From: Octopus vulgaris
Taxonomy: Eukaryota
DNA: 64,000 nt
NCBI GenBank assembly: GCA_951406725.2
Contig: OX597824.1
Location: 25,544,001-25,608,000, forward strand
Reading direction: 5' to 3'
Below the pieces are notes generated by a model that ran no database searches, was not told the origin of the DNA, and worked only from the letters and a program-made list of their open reading frames with translations. Each line of letters begins with the position of its first letter. The stretch's first letter is position 1. Of this stretch, positions 41,738 through 59,700 are shown one piece after another. The position numbers were made by a program, and so were the translations under genes.

Positions 41738-42737
41738 AACTACTACTACTACTACTGCTACTACTACTACTACTATTACTACTACTACTTCTTCTTCTTC
41801 TTTTTCTTCCGCTTCTTCTTCTTCTTCTACAGTCTCACTTGCTATAATATATAAAAATCTGGGTATAAACAGAAAATTAAATATATTAAGCATGATTTAG
41901 ATACAGCTAATAATAACCATAAACATGTTCGTATACCTTAACATAACTTTAATAGCAATAACCTACCGACCCAACCACTGCATAATGCTATGAATACTGA
42001 TAACACAGTTAATAGATCACACAATAAATATATATTGAACAAAGGGAAACAACATAAAAATACAGTCGTATAAACTAAAAAAATAGACCTGATGACCAAC
42101 GCTAATAATTATATTGGCAATAAAAATAGAAACGTGCATATCATACACCCAAAGAATATTAAACATAAAGCAAGTTATAACAATAATCACAAGGATAAAA
42201 ATAATATATTTGCCTCCGCCAAAGTCATTAAGAACATCAGTCAATCAAACAATTTTTAAATTATATACCTTATATTAAATCCAAAATGGGAAACTTTCAT
42301 AATCCAAATTCTGGTAATAATAATAAAGGAAAATGTTATCTGGCTAAAATGTTATCTATTTCGCTAAACAAGTAAAAACTAACTTGATCGCCGTTATACG
42401 CCGGTTAATAAATAAACATTTTTTTCTAATAAAAACAAATATAGTGACTTATTCAACAGCAGATGTTTTCGATATGGTTTTTCTGTTACTCGTAATTTGA
42501 TTAGATATATTTCCGCTCTAAATTCTGCTGGATTAGATAAGTTTTATGCTGAATGTATGCCTATTCTTCTCCATAATAAACAAAATAACAATGTTCCATT
42601 CATACATGAGCAGGTAGGTACTCCTCCAACATCGTAAACTAACGAATTTTCAATATTTGAATAATGAATTGTTTTTTTAGAAAATGTATACATTTGTTAA
42701 AATGATTTTTTTTTTTTTTGGTCGTTCAAATTATTTT

Positions 42738-43152
42738 AAATATATCTGGAAGATCTTGGAAGGAATAGTGCCACATTTTGGCATTGAAAGTTACACCAAT
42801 GCCAGAACGGGACGACACTGCATAGTGCCAAAGATCCCAACAATGCCATCACGCTTCAGGAGCAGTTACTGCGACAGCCTGGATTTCAAGGGCCCACAGC
42901 TTTTTAATATTCTCCCAAAGAGTCTGAGAAACGTTCACAAAGTAGATGTAGGGGCTTTTAAATCAAAGCTGGACCTCTTCCTGTCGAGAGTCCCAGATGA
43001 ACCTACCTGACGGCAAGAGGTGCAAATGAGGGTAGCTATATCAAACTCCATTCTTCACCAAGTGCCACTTATTAGAGGAGGCTCTTAGTAATAATAGGGT
43101 AGCAAAACGGTGGTGCATCAGCATGGCCGCAGCTCTGAGCTGAAACTAGATA
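42738..43152 (+). mobile_element. CR1-group LINE 3' fragment ending at (TA)n
   Basis: YIWKILEG..FKGPQLFNILPKSLR..FKSKLDLFLSRVPDEP; 3' tail CAGCATGGCCGCAGCTCTGAGCTGAAAC. Confidence 0.8.
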
Positions 43153-43329
43153 GGATATGTATATATGTATATATATGCATATTTGTATATATGTATGTGT
43201 ATATATGTATATGTATATATATATTTGTATATATATATGTATATATGTGTATATATATATGTATATACATGTATATATATATGTATATATATGTATATAT
43301 ATATATGTATGTATATATACGTATGTATA

Positions 43330-43474
<145 letters not shown>

Positions 43475-43503
43475 GTATAAATATATATATATATATATGT
43501 ATA

Positions 43504-43595
<92 letters not shown>

Positions 43596-43802
43596 AAACT
43601 TTTTTATGTCCTTAACATGTCCTTGCTACCAAAGACTGTATATATGTAATGTAGCATTTTGTAACAAACCAATAATTAACGCAACCAAACTTCTACATGT
43701 TACTTTTGACAATCTTTTTCCAAGGAGTGAAACTGGTAAAGTAAATAAACATCTTTTAAAATCGCATTTTCAAACCTTCTTTCGTATATATATATACATT
43801 AT

Positions 43803-44700
43803 AGATATAGGGTGAAATATAATTAATTTAATAAAATCGACAAATTTCACCTAGTAGTATTTCGGTATGGAAAAGGACCATATTCGATAAAAGTTTATAT
43901 AAGTATAATAATAAGAGTTTTTTGCAACAAATTGCTTAAACCACATACCGAAAATTTTAGAAATAGCAGCCAAAAGACTACTATTTCTTTTTACTACAAA
44001 AATAAGTCTCCACAGATAATAATATTTGTAACTCACATATGGCAAAAAATAAGAAGAAAAAAAATGAAATCACACAGTCATCGGTTAATTATGGACGTAC
44101 GTTTCTGGATTAGAATCGTAAGGTTCATTTCCTTTATCAACATAATATTCCCCATAAATCTAGAAATGCTAGGTAAACTTACCTCTTATATTTTCGATCA
44201 AACGATATCAAAATATATAAAAGCCAATCCGCATATCCACATTTATATAGACAAGTGAATTCGTATTTCCCTCCAGAATTTTACCACGTGAGTCACAAAA
44301 TAGTACTGCCGAAAACAAGATTCGTAGTTTTGTCGTAGGGGAGTAAAATAGTCATTACAGATATAGGGTGAAATATAATTAATTTAATAAAATCAACAAA
44401 TTTCACCTAGTAGTATTTCGGTATGGAAAAGGACCATATTCGGTAAAGATTTATATAATTATAATGATAAGGGTTTTTTGCAACAAGTTGCATACCGGAG
44501 ACTTATTTTTGTAGTAAAAGAAAATAGTAGTCTTTTGGCTGCTATGGAATTTCTATATATGGGGTACTTAAGTTTGCTCATGACTTTGTGTTTACTTCTT
44601 CCATGGATACAAGTAAGTATCTCATTTATTTTCTTATCGTATTTATCGCTGATGACGAGAAAATTCTAAATGAATTAACTCAGAAATTGGGACCGATCCG
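43803..44700. repeat. Direct-plus-inverted repeat block resembling a Penelope pLTR, with degenerate hammerhead at 44645-44697 (+)
   Basis: 43803-43935 repeated at 44358-44490; 43963-44011 inverted at 44487-44545; ATCG-CTGATGA-CGAG..CTCA-GAAA-TTGG-GAC-CGAT. Confidence 0.6.
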
Positions 44701-45441
44701 ATAGTTTTTCACTATTTCTACAAAACTTCTTTATGATCTTGGTTCATATCTTGCATTAGTTGTGCCATATACCAAAAATTACTTGCTCCTCCAAGCAACT
44801 TTGAGTAAGATTTAATCCAGAACCAGCTTAGAGCATACACTTGCGTTATGATTTTAACAAGATCCATAATAATCTTTTGGGGATTGTTTCCGAAACATAT
44901 AATCGAAGGATTCTGTTTGTACTTGTTAGCCACCTTGCATGATGGATATTACCAGGTGATCTTCCTGCTAACTGCTCAGAAACGAAAACTGTCTCAATAT
45001 TGAGGCACATTTTATACAGATATTTTTTTTATCTTAGCTTAAAGTATCAACTAATTTTAATGGCAATTCCTCCACATTAGTTTTTACTGGAGAAAATTTG
45101 ATTATCTTTAAGTTTGTTACATCTTCTTTAATTTTATTGCCAATTAAGCCTTTTGATATTCATGTTCCTGTTATTTTTCCAACTATGGATTCAAATACGT
45201 GTTGAAATGGAAGCACATTTGTAAGTAGCAGGCATATCAACCACAGATGTGGTTAATTCAATTATTTTAATTACCCCTCCTGAATGACCAGTTTTTTCGG
45301 GTGTACCATTACATAATACAGCCTTAAAGCTTTCTTGACTGTCAAAATCAATTGAAAAAGTAATAACTTCTTCTGCAATGCAAATTGCTGTTCCAGTATC
45401 TAGGAAAACGTAATCTAAATACTCAAGCACTTAATATGTGT

Positions 45442-45504
<63 letters not shown>

Positions 45505-45619
45505 ACTTATAAACAAAGTCAAAAGAAAAACATTTCAATGCCAAATATGCCGAAATAGACTTAATCGTCAATAACCATCTAATCTATCACTATAACCTTT
45601 ATGTATGTATGTATGTATG

Positions 45620-45735
45620 TATGTGTAACTACCGGTTGTGTAGCGTGAGGTCACTACTCGGAGAAGAGTCGTCTCCACTCTTACATTTCGAATGAGCCCA
45701 ACCAAATGAATAGGATATATTTCCGTTCGTCATAT
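45620..45735. repeat. ~115-bp direct repeat, second copy at 49980-50095
   Basis: ATGTGTAACTACCGGTTG..GGAGAAGAG..TCTCCACTCTTACATT; each copy lies between (ATGT)n and (TA)n. Confidence 0.8.
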
Positions 45736-45767
45736 CTCTCTATCATATGTATTTATATATATATACA

Positions 45768-45840
<73 letters not shown>

Positions 45841-45985
45841 CTTATATATATATATATATTATATAGAGGGCATTATTACACATAAATGCCGCACGCTAGG
45901 AGGGACTCTTAAAGTCAAAACTACCAAAATAAACATATCCTACCGAATGCATTTCTCGAAGCAAGTCATTTAAAAACAGAATTTA

Positions 45986-46050
45986 GCTGCAGACCACCAG
46001 TGATTTCGTAATCAACGCAGTGGCTGCGTCCCTTACACATCAGTGACAGC
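45986..46050 (-). ncRNA. Type I hammerhead motif (A9 position is U) upstream of and antisense to the Penelope ORF
   Basis: GCTGTCA-CTGATGT-GTAA..ACGCAG-CCA-CTGCGT..TTAC-GAAA-TCA-CTGG-TGG-TC-TGCAGC; all three stems pair. Confidence 0.65.
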
Positions 46051-46414
46051 GTGATTCAAGATTTATAATGAATGAACAAAATCAACATACCAGACGAACA
46101 ACCATCGTATCCACCGTAGCATATAGAACTGTTCACCCCTTATACATCTATGTAAATGGCGGGCTTTTTCGAATTGCATTTCGGTAACATATATATATAT
46201 ATTACTGGCAGTATATTGGATATATGTTATCCCATAGAGGGTTACACTCACAACCCCTATCTCACTTTGTAATTTTAAGTTAACTTTCTGAGGAATTTGA
46301 ATTGCTAATACTTGTGTACATGAAATATCCACTCAATACTCTATGTATTTATGGTATAAGTGAATACATCCAAGTATAGTGCATTAATCCTACAGGATAA
46401 TAACTGCTAGTAAA

Positions 46415-49166
46415 ATGGAGAAGATACTGATCAATTCATCAATGAAAGATGTACCCATTCCTACTAAGGACCACTACACCAAAGAGCTAATTTATAGAAT
46501 TAACGAGTTTATTCGCAGGGTTAGATGGAAGGTTTTCCAACATGAAAACAGTATTACAAAAGTGAATGAAGGAGGAAGTATTGACATCAACCGCAATGGA
46601 ACATGAAGTAGCTATGAGGAAGCAATTAAACTAACCGGAAATACATTCAAATTTAGGAAATCTCCACCACCAAAAAACATCTGGACAACTTCGAGCAAGA
46701 ATTATGGGACACCATCAAAAATATTAAATTTAAAAATCACCCATTGAGGAACAATCCGTACCAAAGAAAATTAAAAGAATTAATAAAACCTCTTAAGGGT
46801 AAGAATGGTATATTAACCCATTCTGACAAAACTAGTAGCATTTACAATATTGACATTCTTACATACCATGAATTATTGCATAAGGAAATTACGAAGAAGT
46901 ATAAGATTGTACCTTTTAATACACTCAGAGAACTAAATTTAGAGGCTGGAGAAATTATGCTTGATTACTATCTTGAAGACAAATCTGAACCCTATACCCC
47001 CATCAGACCGAGAATTACACTTAAGGACCACAAGGAAAATTTCCTTGGTAATACACATGTTAGATTGATTTGCCCTACCAAGTCTGACTTAGGTAAATTA
47101 AGCAAACTTATCCTTGACAAATACTTACCAACTATACGTAACAAAATTAAGCTTAGTCTTTGGAAAAACACACAGGGTACATTAGACTGGTTCTCTAGCA
47201 TTAAGGCTAGTAAAAATAGTAACAATAGATTTATCCAACTGGATATACAAAACTATTATTCCTCTATTAAACCTAATATATTAAATAAGGCTTTAATTTT
47301 TGCTAGGAGACACACTAACTTAAGTATGAGGGAAATAAAGATTATCTTAACGGCTAGAAAAACTTTAATAGAATTTGATAACAAATTATGGGCTAGAAAA
47401 GACACACCTAATTTATTTGACATCACCATGGGATCGCCGGATTCAGCGAAAGTGACGGATTTAGTAGGGATGTATTTACTAGATAATCTAAATAGGGAAT
47501 TCCCTGAATTAATGGGCGGTCCATATAGAGACGACGCTTTGTTTCTAGTTAGGAATACATCCAATAGAAGGCTAAATTTACTGAAAAAACGACTGCATAA
47601 ATTTTTTAAGAGTTTTGGTTTATCTATAATTATTGAAAATGAAAATTACTGTAAATTATTTAGATGTTAATAGCAACCTTACTAATGGGATACACGAACC
47701 TTTTATTAAACCTAATTCTAATTTAGTATATATAAACTACTCTAGCAATCACCCCCCCCCCTCAAATTAAAAGGTCACTATTGCGTTGCATTAGTCAGAG
47801 AATCTCTTATCTATCCTCAAATCTGGACATATTTAATAAGCACAGTGAAAGATATAACACTACATTACATAAGGCAGGTTATACGGGTAAAATTAAGTAT
47901 ATACCTAATAATAATCTTTCGAATCAAGATGGATCTACTACTACAAACACAAACGGCTTTCGAATGGTTAATAACAACTTTGGGGTAAAGAACAATAGGA
48001 TATATAAAATTGTGTATGGAAATAATACTAGTATTGGTATTAATGGAGCTGTTGATCTTAATTTGAATAACTTAGCACATAACATTAATATTGATAATAT
48101 TAATAATAATATGAATAATAATAATAATGATATTATCTACGATAATGGAAAAACTTAGTGACACCATAATAACAATATCAATTATAACAATGATTTTAGT
48201 CATAATCTTGGTAATTTTAATCTTAGAAGGTATAGGGTTTGGCGGAGGAACAGAGTTTTTGTTGATAATAAGAATTTGATAGGTAACCCACATAGTGATA
48301 ATGATGCACTATGGCTGATAATCCCATATGCAATGCAAATTAAAACGGATATAGTTAGAATGATCCATAGTTTATTGTACAAGCATTTTGAGAAGGGTAA
48401 AAATAAATATTATAAAATAATGAACAACGAAACTATCAGAATAGGAGACAGCCTTACGCACAATTTAGCCACCATTATTTCCTCCTTTAATAATAGAAAA
48501 TTAGACCGCTTCTATAGTGATAGAAAGATAAACTTGGGTAGCAGAAATGTGCCTCACTATAACTTGAGTGTTAATAAACCTAATAGTGCGAGCGTGAGTA
48601 ACCCTCACGTTGGTTATAATAGTACTATTTCTGTAGCAACAAATAATAATTTGGTTGATGATATTGCTATTCATAGTAGTAGTCCTAATGATTTGAATAT
48701 TACTAATAATGTTAAACATGGACTCCCGTTGAATATAGGATTAAGTATTGAGAATGGGGTTAACATTATCAACTATAATAGGGATGCAGTGAATCGCAGC
48801 AAGGTTAAATTTTCTCAATCAGATAGCAGCTGCAATTGCAGAATCAAAGACAAATGTGTGTTCAATAATGAATGTCTGAGGAAAGTGGTGGTTTATCAAT
48901 GCGTTGTGAACACACAACATGATAGTAGGGTGTATATTGGTGCGACTAAAAATAGTATGAAACAACGACTGAACTATCATAGATACTCTTTTAAAAATAA
49001 AAATAGGATGAATTCTACAGGGTTAAGTACTTCTATTCGGGAACTTAAGAGCAAGGATATAGATTTTAATTTAAATTGGAAAATACTCACTTCGGCACCA
49101 GTATACAATAATAGAAATAAAAAATGCTCTTTATGCATCAATGAAATCTTCATCATCAAAGATTGA
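46415..49166 (+). mobile_element. Penelope-like element (RT plus GIY-YIG endonuclease), frameshifted
   Basis: SDKT, RLICP, DIQNYYSSI, ITMGSPDS, YRDD; CNCR..C..CL..VVYQC..VYIGAT..RL..H..LNWKIL..CSLC. Confidence 0.88.
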
Positions 49167-49900
49167 GATAGTTTTTTGTTTGTGCAGGGTGTGATAGTAA
49201 AAGTTTTCGACGTGTTTGCAAAATTCATCTAGGCTTTTGTCTCTTTCTTTGTGGAGGGTGTATTCGCTTTTGTTCTTGACCAGTGATTCATCCTGATCAT
49301 CAAAGTCGGTCAGTGCCGCATGTCTTAATTTCCTGCAGAACTCTGAGACGCTGTCTTTAATTTCCTTTTGATTGGCTCTAGAGTGTGTGGGTGTGAAATT
49401 GAATCCTTTGGATACGATGTCTATACTAATGTCGGATAAGGATAAGTGGGAGATGTTGATTACTATGGGTTTCTCCTGTGTCTCGGGTTTCACCTTGCTA
49501 TCGGTTTCCTCTGCTGTGTGACAAAAATGTTTGTTGTGGGATGCAGTTTGTTTTTGTGTGTGTAACGAGGATTTCCGTTGTGTGGGTGGTGAATTTGAGG
49601 GATTAGGTTGTTATGATTGTATGGGTGTTTGTAGAGTCTATGTTCATAATTTTGTGTAGTGCCTGGTGTTTTTAATAGTCCCCGGGGGCGGTGGATGTTA
49701 CCGAATGGGGTGTAGTCTTGTTCATTATTGTGCGTAGAACCTGGTGTTTTCAACAGTCCCTGAGGGGTAGGGTGGCAATACTCCCTCCCCTTCAGCTCCA
49801 AGTCCTTGGACTTTTCAAGGGAGTACCACTCCTCGAACCTTTCCAAGAAGTACACACTCCCCTTGTTCATTTATTTCTCACACCAACATAAATACCAAGT
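49165..49900 (-). mobile_element. N-terminal fragment of a second Penelope-like family
   Basis: VINISHLSLS....VSKGFNFTPT, a characteristic PLE N-terminal motif. Confidence 0.7.
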
Positions 49901-50126
49901 AGTATGTTGAATCACAGAATAAAATTTCGACCCCACCTAGTATGTATGTATGTATGCATGTATGTACTACGTATGCATGTATGTGTAACTACCGGTTGAG
50001 TAGAGTGAGATCACTATCCGGAGAAGAGACATCTCCACTCTTACATTTTGAATAAGCTCCACCAATTGAATTGGACATATTTCCTTTCATGACAACAAAG
50101 TGAAATATCTATCTCTCTGTTATAGG

Positions 50127-50220
<94 letters not shown>

Positions 50221-50743
50221 TATATATATATCTGCAAATCTATTTTGTGGCAATTATTTGGTAGCCATGATAAAACACCGAGTTTTGGACGTCTGAGCGG
50301 AAACCCACGTCGCCATCTCTTCAGTTATCCGACCATCGAAAAAATGCTATGAAATGACTGTTAAGCAAATGCAAATTACTGCGTGATTGACCGTTATAAA
50401 GACAAACGAACTATTAGAATGACCGTTAAATGAGGGGAGGAAGTAAAGGTAGGGAAGTAAAAATGTTCATAGTATTCGCGTAAGCGGGTATGTCCATACC
50501 TATACACGCCCGCCCGCACACCCACGTACACGCATGTATAAGTAAATACTCACCCACTCTAATTTATATAACTATATTTAGCGGTTCGGCAAAAGAGACC
50601 GATAAAATAAGTACTGGGCTTACAAAGAATAAGTCCCGGGGTCGATTTGCTCGACTAAAAGGCGGTGCTCCAGCATGGCCGCAGTCAAATGACTGAAACA
50701 AGTAAAAGAGTAAAGAGTAAAGAGTATATATCTACATCTATAA

Positions 50744-50808
<65 letters not shown>

Positions 50809-50816
50809 CGTGTGTA

Positions 50817-51360
50817 TCTCTTATATAAAATCCGTTCTGTCTGTCTGTCTGTGTGTCTTCTCGAATCTCGGGCATCCTCTATCCGATTGCGCTCAAATTT
50901 GATATGTAGATACCAACGGTATCAGGGCGTGTATGAGTCTTCAAAAAATTACAGAAATCGATTCCAGGTGAGAATGCGATCGATAAAGCCGTTTTTGTCC
51001 TGCTTTTCTTCCGTCAACCTGTACATAACTGCACCTTCCATTTTTTCTTGTTTTTGTACTGTTTAAAGGCACGTTTCTTTCCCCAAAAGCTTACTGTTCA
51101 AACCATGTTTATGCTCTCCCAGTCAACAGCCTTATCATTAGTGGTACTTTAAACTCTTCGGTTGCATATTTGTGTGAATAAAATCGTTTTTCTTTCGAAT
51201 AGAAAAAAGTATATATTTCTTCTTTTGCTGGTGTCTCAAATTTAGGTTAAATCAGTGTTTCTCAAATGGAAGGCCTATGGGAGGGTCGGACAAGTTTTTT
51301 TGAGAAAATTTGGTTTAAATGTTTGACAACTCAGCACCGTCCATTGGACGGTAGGTGTTT
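50817..51360 (+). mobile_element. Helitron-like 5' fragment
   Basis: A|TCTCTTATATAAAA followed by (CTGT)n; no 3' CTAG hairpin found. Confidence 0.45.
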
Positions 51361-52002
51361 TGCTCGTATGTATATATATATATATATATGTACATATATA
51401 GTTGAAAGTTCATAACTGTAGCACAGGGCTTTTTCTCTATATAGTATAACTGTGAACTAGATCGACTTTGATTCAGTAGATGCGTGGATAAGAGTTATCA
51501 ACAGTGACCATTCCGATTTTTGCACATCGCACTCTACAATGTTCAGTATAGAATTCATTACTTAATATGGTATGATGTGATTTAAAGGTGACTTTGTCGC
51601 AATTTCTAGGTTAGTAACGGTGGAGAGAGTCTCTCGTTTGGACGTTATCTCTAAGTTGTTAAAGTGGAAGACCCCTTGTCACCATTGTGTCTTCATATAG
51701 TAACGTAATACACTATAGCATAACAGGATGCCCTAAACAAGATTCAGGAGATTAAAGGACGGCAATCAGTATGGAACATGCACAAAAACTAAAGTGGATA
51801 AGCATATGTGTGTGTGTGTGTGTGTGTGAGTGTGTGAGTGTTTGTGAGTGTGTGTGTGTATTCGTGCGCAGATGTATGTATACACACAGATGCACGCCCC
51901 CCCCCCCACATATTACTAATATTTAGCAGAAGCAAAAGGGCGACTCAAGGTCTGAGAATTTCGTTCGTTGGTACATATATATATATAGAGAGAGAGACCG
52001 AC

Positions 52003-52108
52003 GTCGAGAGTTTTAACTTATTCCTGTATGAAGAATATCGTTGCTTTAGCTTCATATCATTGTGTGAGCTCCACAACTACCGAACGAACCTATAATTTCT
52101 GAGTAAGT
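52003..52108 (+). promoter_or_regulatory. Putative GPCR 5'-leader exon module C (donor GT at 52103)
   Basis: GAGAGTTTTAACTTATTCCTGTATGAAGAATATCGTTGCTTTAGC..CCACAACTACCGAACGAACC..TTCTGA|GTAAGT..TTTATTGTGTATTCAA, paralog of A and B. Confidence 0.55.
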
Positions 52109-52235
52109 GCCTTGCTTTATTTTATTGTGTATTCAAATGGTCTTTATGGTAAAGAAATATAGCCTGTTTGTCACATACGATACACAGAATATATTTCTTT
52201 GGTCATAAATCATTCTTCTTCTTCTTCTTGTCATA

Positions 52236-52311
<76 letters not shown>

Positions 52312-53079
52312 TTATTATCATCATCATCATCATCATCATCAATAATATGCCAATTTGTTCTTTTTGTATGTACCTGAGCGTGAGTGCTGACGGAGTTCGT
52401 TTTATGTTTTAGGTGTTTATCATATCGCAAGAGAAATAGGTACATAAATACATACATATATTTTAAATCAAAGGCGGGAGTGAAGAGGGGCACAGAGGAT
52501 GTGAAAGAGTAAGAAAGTGAGAGAGACAGTAGATACATAATACCAAAGAAATGTCGATACATAGATACATAGAGATAGCAAATATTGGGTGTCAATTTCA
52601 CTTTTCTTTACCACACGAGGATAAAATTAACTCGCAAATGGCTGGGTACTCCACAGACATGCATATCATTAACGTAGTTCTGAGACAGATTCATCCTCAC
52701 ACAGAATATGACATGGATGGCCCCTTTGAATTACAACTACAACTCATTATGGCCAGCTGAGTGGACTGGAGCAAGATGAACTTTCAAGTGGTTGGAAGAA
52801 AACGAAAAAAAGATCCTATATAGGAGCAGGAAAATCTTTTTAGTCGTTAGGGTCACCATGGAAGTTAATCAGGTTCTAACAGCGGCATTCGTGGGTCTCA
52901 CAGAGGTAGAGGCCAAGCCCTCTCATAAACACTGATGTGCAGGCTGTTGTTATCAAACTGAGCGCGAGTCGTGGGCGAATACAGGACGGAATAGCAATTA
53001 TTTCCTCTTAGCTTTCACTGCTTATACTAAACACATGACATTTTTGCCTTACGGTATAGAATATTTCCTTTTCTTCACT

Positions 53080-53413
53080 CTTTTTAAAGAATGGTACTCC
53101 GTCGATTACGACGACGAGGTTCCCGTTTATCTGATCAACGAACAGTCTACTCGTAAAATTAACGCGCAAGTAGCTGAGTACTCCACAGACATGCATACCA
53201 TAAGGTAGTTCTCAAGGAGATTCAGCCTCACACAGAATGTGATACAGCTGGCCCCTTTGAATTTCAGCTACAACTCATTTTTGCCAGCTAAGTGGACTGC
53301 AGCAAGGTCAAGTAGAGTAACTGCTCAAAAATACAGTGCGCCGCAGGGAATCGTACTCGTGAGTTTACGATCGTGGTCTGAATACCCCTAGGCACTGAGC
53401 CACGCACCTTCAC
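53080..53413 (-). mobile_element. tRNA-derived SINE, family D (partial copy at 52620-52780)
   Basis: Minus-strand head GTGAAGGTGCGTGGCTCAGTG..GAGTACGATTCC with A/B-like boxes. Confidence 0.6.
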
Positions 53414-53980
53414 TCTCTTAACCGCAGAGGGACGGAGTGAAGAGACAGAGACAGAAGAAGGAAAGCATCAGTCATCTACAATGACAATCAAACTGAAATA
53501 AAATCGATCTTTTCTAGCTTCTTCACTTTTAAGAATGAAGACATTTAGTAATGAATAAAGGGAAGGTTTTTCAGGTGTTTACGTTTTATTCTGGGAGTTC
53601 TAGAACGATTGACTGTTAGTTCTCTCTTCTATCCCCCCACCTCCGGTAATTACTGGCCTTCTTTCATAGTTTTTCATGTCTTTTAGTTGGGGGCGAGGAG
53701 GCAGAGACCATGTTTTCTTTTCAGGCACGTTTAATATTTTCTCTGCAAACTACAAACAAGTTGTGAAAAGAGACAAGAAAAATTAGTAACACCCTCTACA
53801 AAAGAGGCGGGGGAGAAAAGTTGCCAACTGATCAACGAAATTCAACTCTATACATTAAATAGTGTCTTCAACTACAGCCTCGGGCCGGCCACATCCTCAG
53901 GAGTGAATTTGGTACACAGACACTGAAAGAAGCTCGTCATATACATGTACATATATAAATACATATATAAATATATATAA

Positions 53981-54062
<82 letters not shown>

Positions 54063-54064
54063 TC

Positions 54065-54096
<32 letters not shown>

Positions 54097-54122
54097 TTTA
54101 TATATATATATATATATTTATA

Positions 54123-54156
<34 letters not shown>

Positions 54157-54157
54157 C

Positions 54158-54210
<53 letters not shown>

Positions 54211-54212
<2 letters not shown>

Positions 54213-55075
54213 TTAATCCAAACGGGAAAACAGAAAAAACAACAACACGTGGAACAATTACAGTATTATTATTATTAGGCGCTCAGGAAAATGGAAGAAG
54301 GAGGGTATGACGTTTCGAGCGGAGCTCTTCGTCGGAAACATAAGAGAAAGAAAGAAAGATCCCGAGACGGGAGGACAGAGGAAAAAAAAATTTGCAGGTC
54401 GTCTTCACGAGGTCACATACTGAAAAGACGGAAGTAGTAAAAAAGGAGGAAAATGTTTTTTAAAAACAGGAGAGCTGAATCAATGAGGGAATGGTAAAAA
54501 AGGTGTTGGGAGATGACCGTGTGTGTGTGTGAGTGTGCGTGTGTGTGTATGTGTGTGTATGGTGGACAATGGCTAGTAGCAAGCAGTAGTAGAATTAAAG
54601 GAGTGATGTGGGGGTACCCTAGCAGGTCAGAAAGGCAGATCAGAAGCAGGGAGGTATGTGTGTGTGCGTGTGTATGTATGTGTGAGTGTGTGCGTGTATG
54701 TATGTGTGTGTATGGTAGACAATGGCTAGTAGCGGGCAGTAGTAGAATTAAAGGAGTGGTGTGGGGGTACCCTAGCAAGTCGGAAAGGCAGATCAGAAAC
54801 AGGGAGGTATGTGTGTGTGCGTGTGTATGTATGTGTGAGTGTGTGCGTGTGGTATATGTCCAGCGTGCGTAGTTGTGTGTGTGGCAAGTAAATTTGAAGT
54901 GTGTGTAAGTGTAATGTGTATATATATGCAAATGTGTGTGTGAGAGTGGGTGTGTGTATGTGTGTGCGTGTGTGTACAAAAGGGGGGTTAAGGGGAAAAG
55001 AACTGCAGCGAAGGGGGGAGGAGGGGGAAGATGGAAGAGTGGTCCCGCGGCGACAGGCGTGGGAGAACCCAAAGA
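54211..55075 (-). mobile_element. Non-coding element in (TA)n with a minimal hammerhead-like motif (54305-54340) and an internal ~153-bp tandem duplication
   Basis: Minus strand CCGACGA-A-GAGC-TCC-GCTC-GAAA-CG-TC; duplicated units start at ~54559 and ~54712. Confidence 0.5.
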
Positions 55076-59332
<4,257 letters not shown>

Positions 59333-59347
59333 GTATATATATATATT

Positions 59348-59404
<57 letters not shown>

Positions 59405-59428
59405 ACATATACATATATATACATATAC

Positions 59429-59461
<33 letters not shown>

Positions 59462-59609
59462 CAAAAAGCAATAAAGATTCAAGTTAATTTAAATGAATTT
59501 ACTTGAATATGGTACCTAACTTAGATGCACCAAAAAAAACTATACTGATTTAACAATACAGTAATGTGGGGTGATTATAAGCGAGAATGAAGCAACAAGA
59601 ATGGATAGG

Positions 59610-59700
59610 TTTTAGTACGATCGTTTCATACAAGGACAGGTTTTATTAAAAGTTGCAAAAATTACAGCATATAAACGTGTCCCGTACTCATCAGCTAAAA
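59610..59700 (-). ncRNA. Type I hammerhead ribozyme (left-arm copy)
   Basis: Reverse complement of 60930-61020. Confidence 0.75.
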
